From Deltaproteobacteria bacterium (GTDB lineage Bacteria; Myxococcota; JACRCW01), in NCBI GenBank assembly GCA_016218805.1, contig JACRCW010000161.1:1-64000 (forward strand): a stretch of 64,000 bases of DNA, in the 5' to 3' direction. The position numbers were made by a program, and so were the translations under genes. Of the stretch, positions 47,187 through 55,861 are shown piece after piece. The notes beneath the pieces are model-generated. The model ran no database searches and was not told the origin of the DNA. It saw nothing but the letters and a program-made list of their open reading frames with translations. The number at the start of each line of letters is the position of its first letter. The first letter of the stretch is position 1.

Positions 47187-47630
47187 GTACGGGTGGCTAC
47201 CACGCCGGCCGCGGGGGCGTCAGGCCGCGTGGCCGGGGCGGTAGGCATGCTGGGAGGGCAGGCTCGCCGCCGCGTCCATGCCGGGCGCCGCGCGGGGGGG
47301 GGCGTCTGCGCGGCCAGCGCGTGCCGCCGGCTGTTGGAAACCCGTGCCTTCCCCCGAACTCCGCCCGGGCCGCCCGGAGAGGGGTTGTTCCCCGCGGCGG
47401 ATGTTCGTGCACGATATTTCGGGCGGGGCGAGGGGTGGCTTCGGACGCGGGCCGACGCGGAAGACACGGCGTGAACCGCGATGCTGGCCTGCCGAGTCCC
47501 GCGCTCGCCATGCCCGGCGGCTCCCGTGCTGGTGCACGGTGGAACTTCGGGACCCTAGGACTCCCCCGGCCTCCCGGCCGCGTTGGATGGCCGAGGAGAC
47601 CGGGATCGCTGGCGCAGTTGGGCGAACGAG

Positions 47631-48446
47631 TCAGTGAGCGACGAACCCAATCACCATGCCCGCATTGCCGTAGACGACGGGGCTCGACTGGAGGTTCGCC
47701 TGCAAGGTGAGAGACACCTGGCCCGCCTGGATGTCGGCCGCCGTCGCGAATCCACCCCCGACGCACCCCGCGATGTCGTCCGTCGTCGCATCCTCGTCGT
47801 AGAGGCAGATGCAGAAGGCCGACGACGTGTTCATGAGGGTGGAGGCGGTGATGGAGCTCGCGAGGGTGGTGTTGAATGTCGCGGAGAACGCGTCGCTGGT
47901 CACTGCGGTGCATGCCGACCCAGTGCCCGCAGCACAGTTGTCGAACCAGCAGATGAAGCCGTCAGGCGCACCACCGAGGGCATCCCAGGATTCGCCGCCG
48001 CCCTGGGTCGTCTGGAACGTCGCCGAGCGCGCGATGACGTCCCACGTCGAGTTGGGATTGGTCTGCAGGCACTCCACCGTGGCTCCGGTCGCCGAACAAC
48101 CACCGGGGCACGTCTGGGACGTCCACGCCCCCGACGTGCACCTCAGCATCGCCGTCGAGGAGCTGCACGTGGCGGTGCCCTCGCTCGACCTCGGACACGC
48201 CTCACCGGCCGAGTTCCCGGATGCGTCACACCGCACGATGTCGTTGTTGGAAGTGCATCCCCCGGCACCCTTGCACGCGTAGGGCTTGAAGACCCCGTCT
48301 TCGCACACGAGCGATGCGCTGCTCCCGTCGCACTTGGCACCCCCTTCGGGGCTGCACTTGTCGCCTTCGCTCCCACCGCCAGTGCAGCCGACCCACGCCG
48401 AGCCCATGAGGCCTACGAGAACAACCAGTCCCTGGTTCATGAACAC
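47631..48446 (-). CDS. Cys-rich lipoprotein with C2-like C-terminal domain
   Basis: GGAGG RBS; lipobox WVGC; Cys repeats; WD..GGAPD....YDED...DD motif; atypical codon usage. Confidence 0.75.
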   Translation of the reverse strand: MFMNQGLVVLVGLMGSAWVGCTGGGSEGDKCSPEGGAKCDGSSASLVCEDGVFKPYACKGAGGCTSNNDIVRCDASGNSAGEACPRSSEGTATCSSSTAMLRCTSGAWTSQTCPGGCSATGATVECLQTNPNSTWDVIARSATFQTTQGGGESWDALGGAPDGFICWFDNCAAGTGSACTAVTSDAFSATFNTTLASSITASTLMNTSSAFCICLYDEDATTDDIAGCVGGGFATAADIQAGQVSLTLQANLQSSPVVYGNAGMVIGFVAH

Positions 48447-48500
48447 CCTCCTTGCTGTCGCCCGCCGCCACCGTGGGTGGCATGGGATGAGTGCTCACCG

Positions 48501-48514
48501 TGAACTAAAGTTCA
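48501..48514. promoter_or_regulatory. Palindromic operator between divergent genes
   Basis: TGAACT-aa-AGTTCA, next to a minus-strand TTGACT at 48521-48526. Confidence 0.55.
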
Positions 48515-48547
48515 TGACGGAAGTCAAGGCTCTGGTCTGCTGGCCGT

Positions 48548-48760
48548 GTGGATGCGACTCACCAGGCCTTCACGGCCCGCCTGCGCGCCCTGATGGCGAA
48601 GAAGGGTTGGTCGGCCAACAGGCTCGGCGATCTCTCCGGCCTGACGGGAAGCGCCGTCGCCGCGATGCTCCGCGGCGAGAAGTCCCCCACCCTGCGCAGC
48701 ATGAAGAAGTTGGCGGAGGCCCTGGGCGTACGCGTCACGGACCTGCTCGATGGCCAGTAG
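48548..48760 (+). CDS. XRE/Cro-family HTH regulator
   Basis: RLRALM..KGWS...LG..SGL...V....RGEKSPTL..MKKLAEALGV...DLL. Confidence 0.9.
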   Translation: MDATHQAFTARLRALMAKKGWSANRLGDLSGLTGSAVAAMLRGEKSPTLRSMKKLAEALGVRVTDLLDGQ

Positions 48761-49007
48761 CAGTACCTGGCCGGCTGCGGCTTGAGCGTTTCTGGCGCGC
48801 CCGCGGTCCGCGCCAAAGCCAGCGGGCTGCCCCGCACTGGCGTGCCAAGCGGCCCCGGGGCCCCGGGGGGGCGGGGCAGCGGGCGGGCCGGCCCGCCCGC
48901 CCGCCACCCGTGACAGGCGACTGGCGGCGTCCGGGATTACCGAACCCCCACGGACCAGAATGTGTGGGGGTTGCCGCCACACAGCGGGCTGGCTACAGGA
49001 CGACATC

Positions 49008-49469
49008 ATGGTCACCGCTCGCGTGTTGCGCAGTCCCCACGAGATGGACGGTCAGCTCTCCGGCTTTTGGGTGGGGCCGGGCGACGATTTGAGAGTGCGG
49101 CCCACCTATGGGCCCACCGGTGCCATCCTTCCCCGTCCTGGTGCGCCGGTTCTGGGCGAGTTCCTCTGTCTGGACCTGGTGACGGTGGACGAGTTCTGGT
49201 GCCCGCTGTCAGAGGCGGGGCAGTACACCTACGCGCACTCCAGTGGTCTGCTGCGCGGGCAGCCGTGGCGTTTTTTCCGCTGGCCGCTGCAGGCGACCTC
49301 AACGTCGCCCCTGACCACGCCGCCGGAGAAGTACGTGGTGACGCTGGCGCCGCCGTTGCCGCCGGACGCGGTGGCGGGAGCCTACGGACAGCGTGCGGGC
49401 GAGTTGTGCCGCCCGGACCGCAAGGCGGTCCAGCTGCGGGTGTTGAGGCTGCCACCGCTGGCGCCATGA
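49008..49469 (+). CDS. Hypothetical protein
   Basis: AGGA RBS; GC3-biased frame; ATGA overlap with the next gene. Confidence 0.6.
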   Translation: MVTARVLRSPHEMDGQLSGFWVGPGDDLRVRPTYGPTGAILPRPGAPVLGEFLCLDLVTVDEFWCPLSEAGQYTYAHSSGLLRGQPWRFFRWPLQATSTSPLTTPPEKYVVTLAPPLPPDAVAGAYGQRAGELCRPDRKAVQLRVLRLPPLAP

Positions 49470-50023
49470 GGTCCTGGAACGAGCAGTTTGCCCAGACCTG
49501 GCTCACGCCGGGAGAGGCCCGCGCCCAAATGGACGCGTGGGTGCGAACTCGCCTGCGGGGACATCGGGTACATGCGGCGCCCAGCTTGGAAAGCGTCGCG
49601 GCGTGGAGCGTTGACCTCCTCGCCGACGACATCCAGCGCTTCGGAAACGGGTGCCAGTGGCTGTGGTGCACCACTGCAGTGGGGCTGGCTGCCGAATTGA
49701 TCTTCGGCTCCATCGCGGGGGGCACGTTCCCCAAGGACACTCCCTTCAGGTACGACCTCAAGCGCGTCGTCGACGCATTGAGGGAGATCAGGAACGCCAC
49801 GGTTCATCCCGCGTTCCAGAACGCGGCCGCAGGCCAGGGAGTGCCGCCGGTGGAACGGCTCTATGACATCCTTGACCAGGACGATGACGCGGCGGTGAAG
49901 GAACTGGCGTTGCGTCTCACGGAGGACTGGTCGCTCCTGGCGGACAGACCGCTTTCCACATTTGCGCTTCGGCAGCTGGATGCCGCGGGGCGCCTGCTGG
50001 CCGAGGAGTACAGCATCTGGTGA
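49466..50023 (+). CDS. Putative HEPN-domain protein
   Basis: Helical protein with LREIRNATVH (Rx4H) motif; translationally coupled to the upstream ORF. Confidence 0.55.
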   Translation: MRSWNEQFAQTWLTPGEARAQMDAWVRTRLRGHRVHAAPSLESVAAWSVDLLADDIQRFGNGCQWLWCTTAVGLAAELIFGSIAGGTFPKDTPFRYDLKRVVDALREIRNATVHPAFQNAAAGQGVPPVERLYDILDQDDDAAVKELALRLTEDWSLLADRPLSTFALRQLDAAGRLLAEEYSIW

Positions 50024-50053
50024 GCCGCCTCAGTCTGGGTTGCGCCGCGGGAT

Positions 50054-51130
50054 TCAGTACCCAATGGCCAGGTAGGTGAAGTTCTCCGTGCCATCCACCG
50101 CGTCCGCCCGGTCCATGGTGAACCCCGCGGTGGTGCAGGAGATGGGGTCAAACGGGTTGGCCGTCCCCGCCGTCAGGCGGTTGGCGTAGACGCCCAGGCA
50201 CGCCGTGGTGAAGGGCCGGAGGAAGGTGAAGACCTGCTGGGTATCCAGGTTGGAGACGCCCGTGCCCCAGTACAGTGACAGCGGGCTGCCGGGGATGCGC
50301 GCGTAGCCATTGGTGTTCATGCTGGTGGCGGCGGCCGCGTCCGTCACCGTGAGCGAGCCCGCGGTGACCTGGGTGGACGCGGTGACGGTGGGCGCGGTGA
50401 CGGAGCTGGCGGTGATGGCGGCCGCGGTGAGCGTGCCCGCCTGGGTGGTGGTGCTGGTCAGTGAGGTGGTGGTCACGCTGTTGGCGGTCAGCGCGCCGGT
50501 CACCTGGAAGTCCTCCGCCTGGGCCGCGTAACCGGCGCGCACCGCATAGGGGACGGGCACCAGCAGCTGCCGGTTGGCGAGTTGCTGGCCGTTCACACTG
50601 ACATCCAGAAACGCCTCATGGCGGTCCAGGAACAGGCGGCCAGGCAGCGGGGTGCCCGCACCACCCAGCACCACCGAGAACCGTCCCGCCGTGACCGGCA
50701 CGTCCTGCTGCCCGGAGTTCCACAGCTCGGCGCCGCCGCTGGCCGCGTCGTACAGCGCAAACGTCATGGGCGTGCTGCCGTTCACCGGCAGGCCGTCGCT
50801 CTCCAGCACGCCTTGGTACGGGATGAGCGCGGGGATGCCCGCCACCAGGGTGGCGTTGAGGTAGTTGGCGCGCACCTGCCAGGCGAGACCCAGCGCCAGC
50901 GCCACCGCAGCGCCCATCACCGCCACGCGCGTGCGCGGCGCCATCCGCGCCGCCGGCAGGCCGCGGCTGCCCCGGCGCGCCAGGAACGCGTCCAGGTCCG
51001 CACGCGTGAACAGCAGGTGGTCAGCCAGCCGAGCCGCGGTCAGCTCCCCGCGGTCCACCAGCGCCGCCACCTCCCCCGGCGTCAGGCGCAGCAGGTCAGC
51101 GGCATCGGCAAGCGTGAGAACAGGTCTCAT
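50054..51130 (-). CDS. Excisionase-type HTH fused to an exported tail-fibre-like protein
   Basis: N-terminal LTLADAADLLRL...V..GEL.A HTH_17; hydrophobic segment; IPYQGVL...FALYDAASGG domain; Thr-rich repeats; C-terminal NGYARIPG..L.WG. Confidence 0.7.
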   Translation of the reverse strand: MRPVLTLADAADLLRLTPGEVAALVDRGELTAARLADHLLFTRADLDAFLARRGSRGLPAARMAPRTRVAVMGAAVALALGLAWQVRANYLNATLVAGIPALIPYQGVLESDGLPVNGSTPMTFALYDAASGGAELWNSGQQDVPVTAGRFSVVLGGAGTPLPGRLFLDRHEAFLDVSVNGQQLANRQLLVPVPYAVRAGYAAQAEDFQVTGALTANSVTTTSLTSTTTQAGTLTAAAITASSVTAPTVTASTQVTAGSLTVTDAAAATSMNTNGYARIPGSPLSLYWGTGVSNLDTQQVFTFLRPFTTACLGVYANRLTAGTANPFDPISCTTAGFTMDRADAVDGTENFTYLAIGY

Positions 51131-51210
51131 GGGACCCCCGTTGGGTGTGTGCGTGGTGGGACGTTACGTAGAAACCCCGTCACGCCCTGTCCAGTGGCGC
51201 CCTGATACCG

Positions 51211-52509
51211 TCAGTTCTTGATGAGGACCTTGCCGCCCGCGCCCACCACGATGACGCGTGACGGCGGCGGTCCCGCCTCCGGGGTGGCCAGGCCGCCGTC
51301 GTAATCCAGCCGGGCGCCGCCCACCGCGCGCAGGTGCTCCACCACGCCGCTAGGCAGTTCCTCGTCAAACCAGCCCACGCCGGCGTCCGTCATGGGGTAG
51401 CCGTCATAGCGCAGCACCACGCCGGAGAAGCCCACCGCGTAGATGTCACGGCCACCCGTGCCCCACATGCCCTGCACAAAAGCCGGCGTGGGAATGGTGG
51501 TGGGCTCCCACGCGCCAGAGCGCTTGCGCATCAGCCGCCCGTCCTGGCCCGCGCAGTACACGTTGCCTGGTCCGGTGCCCCACGCCGTGGACAGCGCGTC
51601 GCGCGTGTAGGGGACGTTGTCGGCCAGTTCGCTGCGGGTCCACTGGGCCGCCGTGGCGTCAAACTCAAAGATGGACCCGCCGGCGCCGCACGCCACCGCG
51701 TAGTCCCCGCTGGCCCACACGCTCTTGAGGTCCGCGTCCACGCCCACGCGGCCAAACATGGGGCCGCCGTCGGCTTCGCAGCGCTGCGGGTAGCAGCAGA
51801 AGCCGCCCTGCGTGGCAAACGGGCAGCACTCCGCCGGCGTGCCACATCCCGCGTAGCGGTCCGGCCCGAACACCAGCCCGCCGTCCGGCGTGTCATGCGC
51901 CACCAGCTGCGTGGTGCACACCGGGACGGCTTCCTCAATGTTGTTGACGCGCGTTTCACAGACGGGGAAGCGCTGCAGCGTGGTCTCCGCGGCCATCAGG
52001 CGCACACCGCCGTCGGGCGGGTCGCGCGTGGCAATCTCGCCGCGTTCGCCCACCATGTAGACGCGGTCACCGCTGCCGTGGACTGAGAAGAAGGACCGCG
52101 TGGTCAGCCGCTCACCGCCGTCCGGACCTTGCTGCGTGACCTCCGTGAACACGCCGTCCACGCCGTGCAGGATGACGCCGTACAGGCCCACGGCCCACAG
52201 CTCCGTCTCATCCCGGCCCCAGATGGCCTCCAGCGTCTCCGTGGTGGGCGAGGAAACCTGGGACCAATGCACCCCGTCCCAGCGCATGATCCGGCCGTGG
52301 TCACCCACGATGTACGCCAGGTCATGCCGCCCGACCCACACGCCGTGCCAGTTGGCAACGGACGGGTCCGGCACCTCCACGCGCCAGGCGGGGCGGCCGG
52401 CGTCACGGAAGGGGGAGACCTGTTCGGGGATCGCGTTCTTGATGGCCTCGCACGCACCCAGGAGTGCCACCAGGCCCAGCAGCAGCGCCGCAACGCGGGG
52501 AGTGGACAT
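51211..52509 (-). CDS. Beta-propeller (WD40/YVTN/BNR-like) lipoprotein
   Basis: Lipobox LGAC; repeated L..VWG.....AVG..G.I..DG..W blades; DGG repeats. Confidence 0.8.
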   Translation of the reverse strand: MSTPRVAALLLGLVALLGACEAIKNAIPEQVSPFRDAGRPAWRVEVPDPSVANWHGVWVGRHDLAYIVGDHGRIMRWDGVHWSQVSSPTTETLEAIWGRDETELWAVGLYGVILHGVDGVFTEVTQQGPDGGERLTTRSFFSVHGSGDRVYMVGERGEIATRDPPDGGVRLMAAETTLQRFPVCETRVNNIEEAVPVCTTQLVAHDTPDGGLVFGPDRYAGCGTPAECCPFATQGGFCCYPQRCEADGGPMFGRVGVDADLKSVWASGDYAVACGAGGSIFEFDATAAQWTRSELADNVPYTRDALSTAWGTGPGNVYCAGQDGRLMRKRSGAWEPTTIPTPAFVQGMWGTGGRDIYAVGFSGVVLRYDGYPMTDAGVGWFDEELPSGVVEHLRAVGGARLDYDGGLATPEAGPPPSRVIVVGAGGKVLIKN

Positions 52510-52541
52510 GGAGCGGAACCTTAGCACGCCCGCGCGCAGCG

Positions 52542-52964
52542 TCAGTTCTTGCGTTCCATCTTGAGGTCACAGCGGATGGTGCCCTGGAAGTTCCAGAACG
52601 TGGCGACGATCTCGACGTCACCCTCCATGGCGGTGGGGCCGGCGTTCTTCAGATCCACCGTCCAGCGCTCAGTGGCGCCGTTGAAGTCGTAAAACGCCTC
52701 GTACTGGATGCCCACCATCCCGCCCGAGCTGTCGTCAATCTCCGTCATGACCCAGGTGTCGCGGTCGTTGGGTTCGGCGGTGCCCGCCCAGCCGGTGGGG
52801 GAGGGCGCGCGCGGGAGATCCACGCGCAGGAGCACCTGCTGGTCTTCAAAGCCGTTGTTGTCACAACGGGAGAGCGTGCCCTCCCAGTGTTCCTGAGCAA
52901 TGCCGCAACCCGACGCCAGCAGCGCAAGAACGGAACCCAGCACCAGCGCGGTTGCACGCACCAT
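52542..52964 (-). CDS. Lipoprotein (paralog 1 of a divergent pair)
   Basis: GGAGG RBS; lipobox ASGC. Confidence 0.75.
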   Translation of the reverse strand: MVRATALVLGSVLALLASGCGIAQEHWEGTLSRCDNNGFEDQQVLLRVDLPRAPSPTGWAGTAEPNDRDTWVMTEIDDSSGGMVGIQYEAFYDFNGATERWTVDLKNAGPTAMEGDVEIVATFWNFQGTIRCDLKMERKN

Positions 52965-53121
52965 GAATCACCTCCCACGCCTGAATGGCACCCCGTGAAA
53001 TCATGCAACCGGGATGCCCCCGTCAAGGCGGGATGCGGCTTGACGGATGGCGTTCGGCACCCGGATAACGGGTGCTCACACGCAAACGGTGACCCGGCAA
53101 GTCCGGGGTGGCAGGTGCGGC

Positions 53122-53520
53122 ATGCGGATGATGCGTCTGGCTGCGGGGCTGGCGTTGTGCCTGGGGATGGCGGGGTGCCTGTCGGACCAGCGCTGGGAGG
53201 GGCGCGCGGACCGCTGTTCGGGTGGCGTGGAGTGGAACCTCATCATGCTGTTGGACTGGCCGGTAGGTCCGGTGGTCACGGGCTGGTGGGGCATTGCACT
53301 CAATGGGCGGCAGGACGTGTTTCAGATGGCGCCCATCGAGTCGTCGACCAACATGTTCGGGACGCTGAAGTTTGACTCAGTGTTCCAGAGCGGGAACTCC
53401 ACCACGCGGTGGAAGGTGGAACTCAAGCACGGTCCCATGGGCGGTGATTACGAAGGCGACGTGGAGATCCTGGGGTCCAGCAGCACCATCCGCTGCGACG
53501 CCAAGCTGTCCGCCGAGTAG
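53122..53520 (+). CDS. Lipoprotein (paralog 2 of a divergent pair)
   Basis: Lipobox MAGC; shares WEG..RC, RW.V.LK, EGDVEI and TIRCD with paralog 1. Confidence 0.75.
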   Translation: MRMMRLAAGLALCLGMAGCLSDQRWEGRADRCSGGVEWNLIMLLDWPVGPVVTGWWGIALNGRQDVFQMAPIESSTNMFGTLKFDSVFQSGNSTTRWKVELKHGPMGGDYEGDVEILGSSSTIRCDAKLSAE

Positions 53521-53526
53521 CCCGCC

Positions 53527-54399
53527 GTGCCGGAACTCCCCGAGGTGGAACTGCACCGGCGGCACCTGCGCGGCTGGCTGTGCGGGCGCGTGGTGGTGCG
53601 CGCGGTGGTCCGTCCGGCGGGGTTGCTCAAGGGGAGCACGGCCGGCTCCATGACGCGCGCCCTGCGGCGGGTCCGCTTCCTGGAGCCCACGCGCCTGGGC
53701 AAGCACCTGCTGCTTCCCACGGACGGAGGCGCGGCGCTGTACGTGCACCTGGGCATGACGGGGCACCTGTCACGCCGGCGCGCCGCGGAGCCCGCGCCGC
53801 GGTACGCGGTGATGTCCCTGGAACTGGATGACGGGCACGTGGTGGATCTCACGGACCCGCGGCGGTTCTCCGTGGTGGGGATGTTTGCGGCGGGCTGCCT
53901 GCCGCCGCCCATGGCCAAACTGGGGCCGGACCTGCTGGACGCGCCTCCCACGGCGGCGGAGCTGGTACAGATCCTGTCGCGTACGGGTAAGGCGATCAAA
54001 GTGGCGCTGATGGAGCAGGAGCGCGTGGCGGGGCTGGGGAACATCCACGCCGCCGAAGCGCTGTGGCGTGCGCGCATCCACCCGGACCTGCCGGCGCGCG
54101 CGTTGACCCTGCCGCAGGCGCGCGCGCTGTTGCGCGGCATCCGCGGCACGCTGGACCTGGTGCTGCAGGACGACGACGGCGAGGCGGTCTACTACGTGGA
54201 GGTGGCCGGGAACCCCAACCCGTTCCGGCTGTATGACCGCGAAGGTGAACCCTGTCCGCGGTGCCGCGGTCCCATTGCGCGGGACGTGCACGGCGGGCGC
54301 AGCACCTACTGGTGCCCGCGCTGCCAGCCGCTCAGTTCTCCTCCACCAGCTCCCCGGTCACGTCGTAGTCGTGCGCCTGGGTCACGCGCACGCGGATGA
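53527..54399 (+). CDS. mutM: Formamidopyrimidine-DNA glycosylase
   Basis: MPELPEVE, GKHL, HLGMTG, DPRRF, GLGNI..EAL, CPRC..CPRCQ zinc finger. Confidence 0.93.
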   Translation: MPELPEVELHRRHLRGWLCGRVVVRAVVRPAGLLKGSTAGSMTRALRRVRFLEPTRLGKHLLLPTDGGAALYVHLGMTGHLSRRRAAEPAPRYAVMSLELDDGHVVDLTDPRRFSVVGMFAAGCLPPPMAKLGPDLLDAPPTAAELVQILSRTGKAIKVALMEQERVAGLGNIHAAEALWRARIHPDLPARALTLPQARALLRGIRGTLDLVLQDDDGEAVYYVEVAGNPNPFRLYDREGEPCPRCRGPIARDVHGGRSTYWCPRCQPLSSPPPAPRSRRSRAPGSRARG

Positions 54400-55768
54400 G
54401 GTCCCCCGGCGTGAGCGGCTGGTCTGACGAGATGTAACAGACCCCGTCCACTTCCGGCGCCTGGCTCCACAGCCGGCCCTGCAGCAGCAGCGGGTGCTCC
54501 GGGCTGGGGCCCTCCACCAGGCACTCATGTTCCGTGCCCAGCAGCGCCTCCTGCTGCGCGCGCGAAATGCGGCGCTGCCGGCGCATCAGTTTCTCCCAGC
54601 GGGCGCGCTTCACCTTGGCCGGCACGCGGTCCGGGAAGTCGTACGCCGGGGTGTTCTCCTCGTCGGAATAGCGGAACGCGCCCAGGCGCTCAAACCGGAT
54701 TTCCTCGACGAAGTCCAGCAGTTCCTCAAAGTCCCGCTCCGTCTCACCGGGGAAGCCAACGATCACCGTGCTGCGCAGCACCAGGCGCGGAATGCGGTCA
54801 CGCAGCCCCAGCAGGATCTTCCGCAGCTTCCCGGTGTCCCGCCCGCGGCGCATCAGCTTGAGCACGCGGTCACTGCCGTGCTGCACCGGGATGTCCAGGT
54901 ACGGCAGCACGGCGGGCACGTCGGTGAAGGCGGTGATGACGTGCTCGTTGAAGGTGCGCGGGTAGGCGTACATGCAGCGGATCCAGCGGATGCCCTTGAC
55001 GCCGCCCAGCGCGCGCAGCAGGTGGCCCAGGTTGGGGCGGCCTGGGAGGTCGTGGCCCCACGCCGTGAGATCCTCGGCAATGAGCGTGAGTTCCTTGACG
55101 CCTGAGGCGGCCAGCTGCTCCGCCTCGCGCACCAGGTCCTCCGCGGTGCGGCTGCGCTGTGTGCCGCGCAACTTGGGGATGATGCAGAACGCGCAGTCGT
55201 TGTCGCAGCCCTCGCTGATCTTCAGGTACGCGGCGGCCTGGTGCAGCGTGTTGACGCGCGGCAGGTCGTAGCGGGCCAGGAACTCCAGCTCGTGGGTGAC
55301 CAGGTCTTTCGCCTCGTGGTGCTCCCCGCGGCCGAGGTCATCCTGCAGCACCTCCGCAATGCGCGTGTAGTCACCGGTCCCCAGGAAGTGATCCACCTCC
55401 GGAATCTCCGTGCCCAGGTCCGTGGAATACCGCTGCGCCAGGCACCCGGTGACGACGAGGCTCCTGAGCGCGCCTTTCTGCCGCAGGTCACAGAACTGCA
55501 GGATGGCATCCACGGATTCCTGCTTGGCCTCGCCAATGAACGAGCACGTGTTCACGACGACGGCGTCGGCGCCCTCGGCCCGCTCCGTGAGATCAAACCC
55601 CGCTTCCTGGGCAAGCCCCAGCATGTGCTCCGCGTCCACGCGGTTGCGCGCGCAGCCCAGTGACACAAAGTGCACGCGGGGCCGGCGGCCGCGGCGGCCC
55701 GGTCCCTTCCCAGCGGCGGGACGGGCGGTGGGGGCGTCGGACAGGACGGGGAGCCTCAAGCTGGACAC
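54332..55768 (-). CDS. rimO: Ribosomal protein S12 methylthiotransferase
   Basis: SLGCARN.VD, NTCSFI..AK.ES, KISEGCDNDCAFCIIP, IVGFPGET, APEVDG; GTG start with GAGG RBS. Confidence 0.95.
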   Translation of the reverse strand: MSSLRLPVLSDAPTARPAAGKGPGRRGRRPRVHFVSLGCARNRVDAEHMLGLAQEAGFDLTERAEGADAVVVNTCSFIGEAKQESVDAILQFCDLRQKGALRSLVVTGCLAQRYSTDLGTEIPEVDHFLGTGDYTRIAEVLQDDLGRGEHHEAKDLVTHELEFLARYDLPRVNTLHQAAAYLKISEGCDNDCAFCIIPKLRGTQRSRTAEDLVREAEQLAASGVKELTLIAEDLTAWGHDLPGRPNLGHLLRALGGVKGIRWIRCMYAYPRTFNEHVITAFTDVPAVLPYLDIPVQHGSDRVLKLMRRGRDTGKLRKILLGLRDRIPRLVLRSTVIVGFPGETERDFEELLDFVEEIRFERLGAFRYSDEENTPAYDFPDRVPAKVKRARWEKLMRRQRRISRAQQEALLGTEHECLVEGPSPEHPLLLQGRLWSQAPEVDGVCYISSDQPLTPGDLIRVRVTQAHDYDVTGELVEEN

Positions 55769-55861
55769 GGTGGACCTCGGTGTGACGGGACGGGGTCTAT
55801 GGCGTTCGTGATCATCGCCGTCAAGCGCGGGGGGCCGCGGGCGTGCTAGCCCTTCACCGCC

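Noticed and set aside
47384..47397. GTTGTTCCCCGCG, resembling the start of a type I-E CRISPR repeat
   Set aside because: Single copy, no spacers, no cas genes in the window
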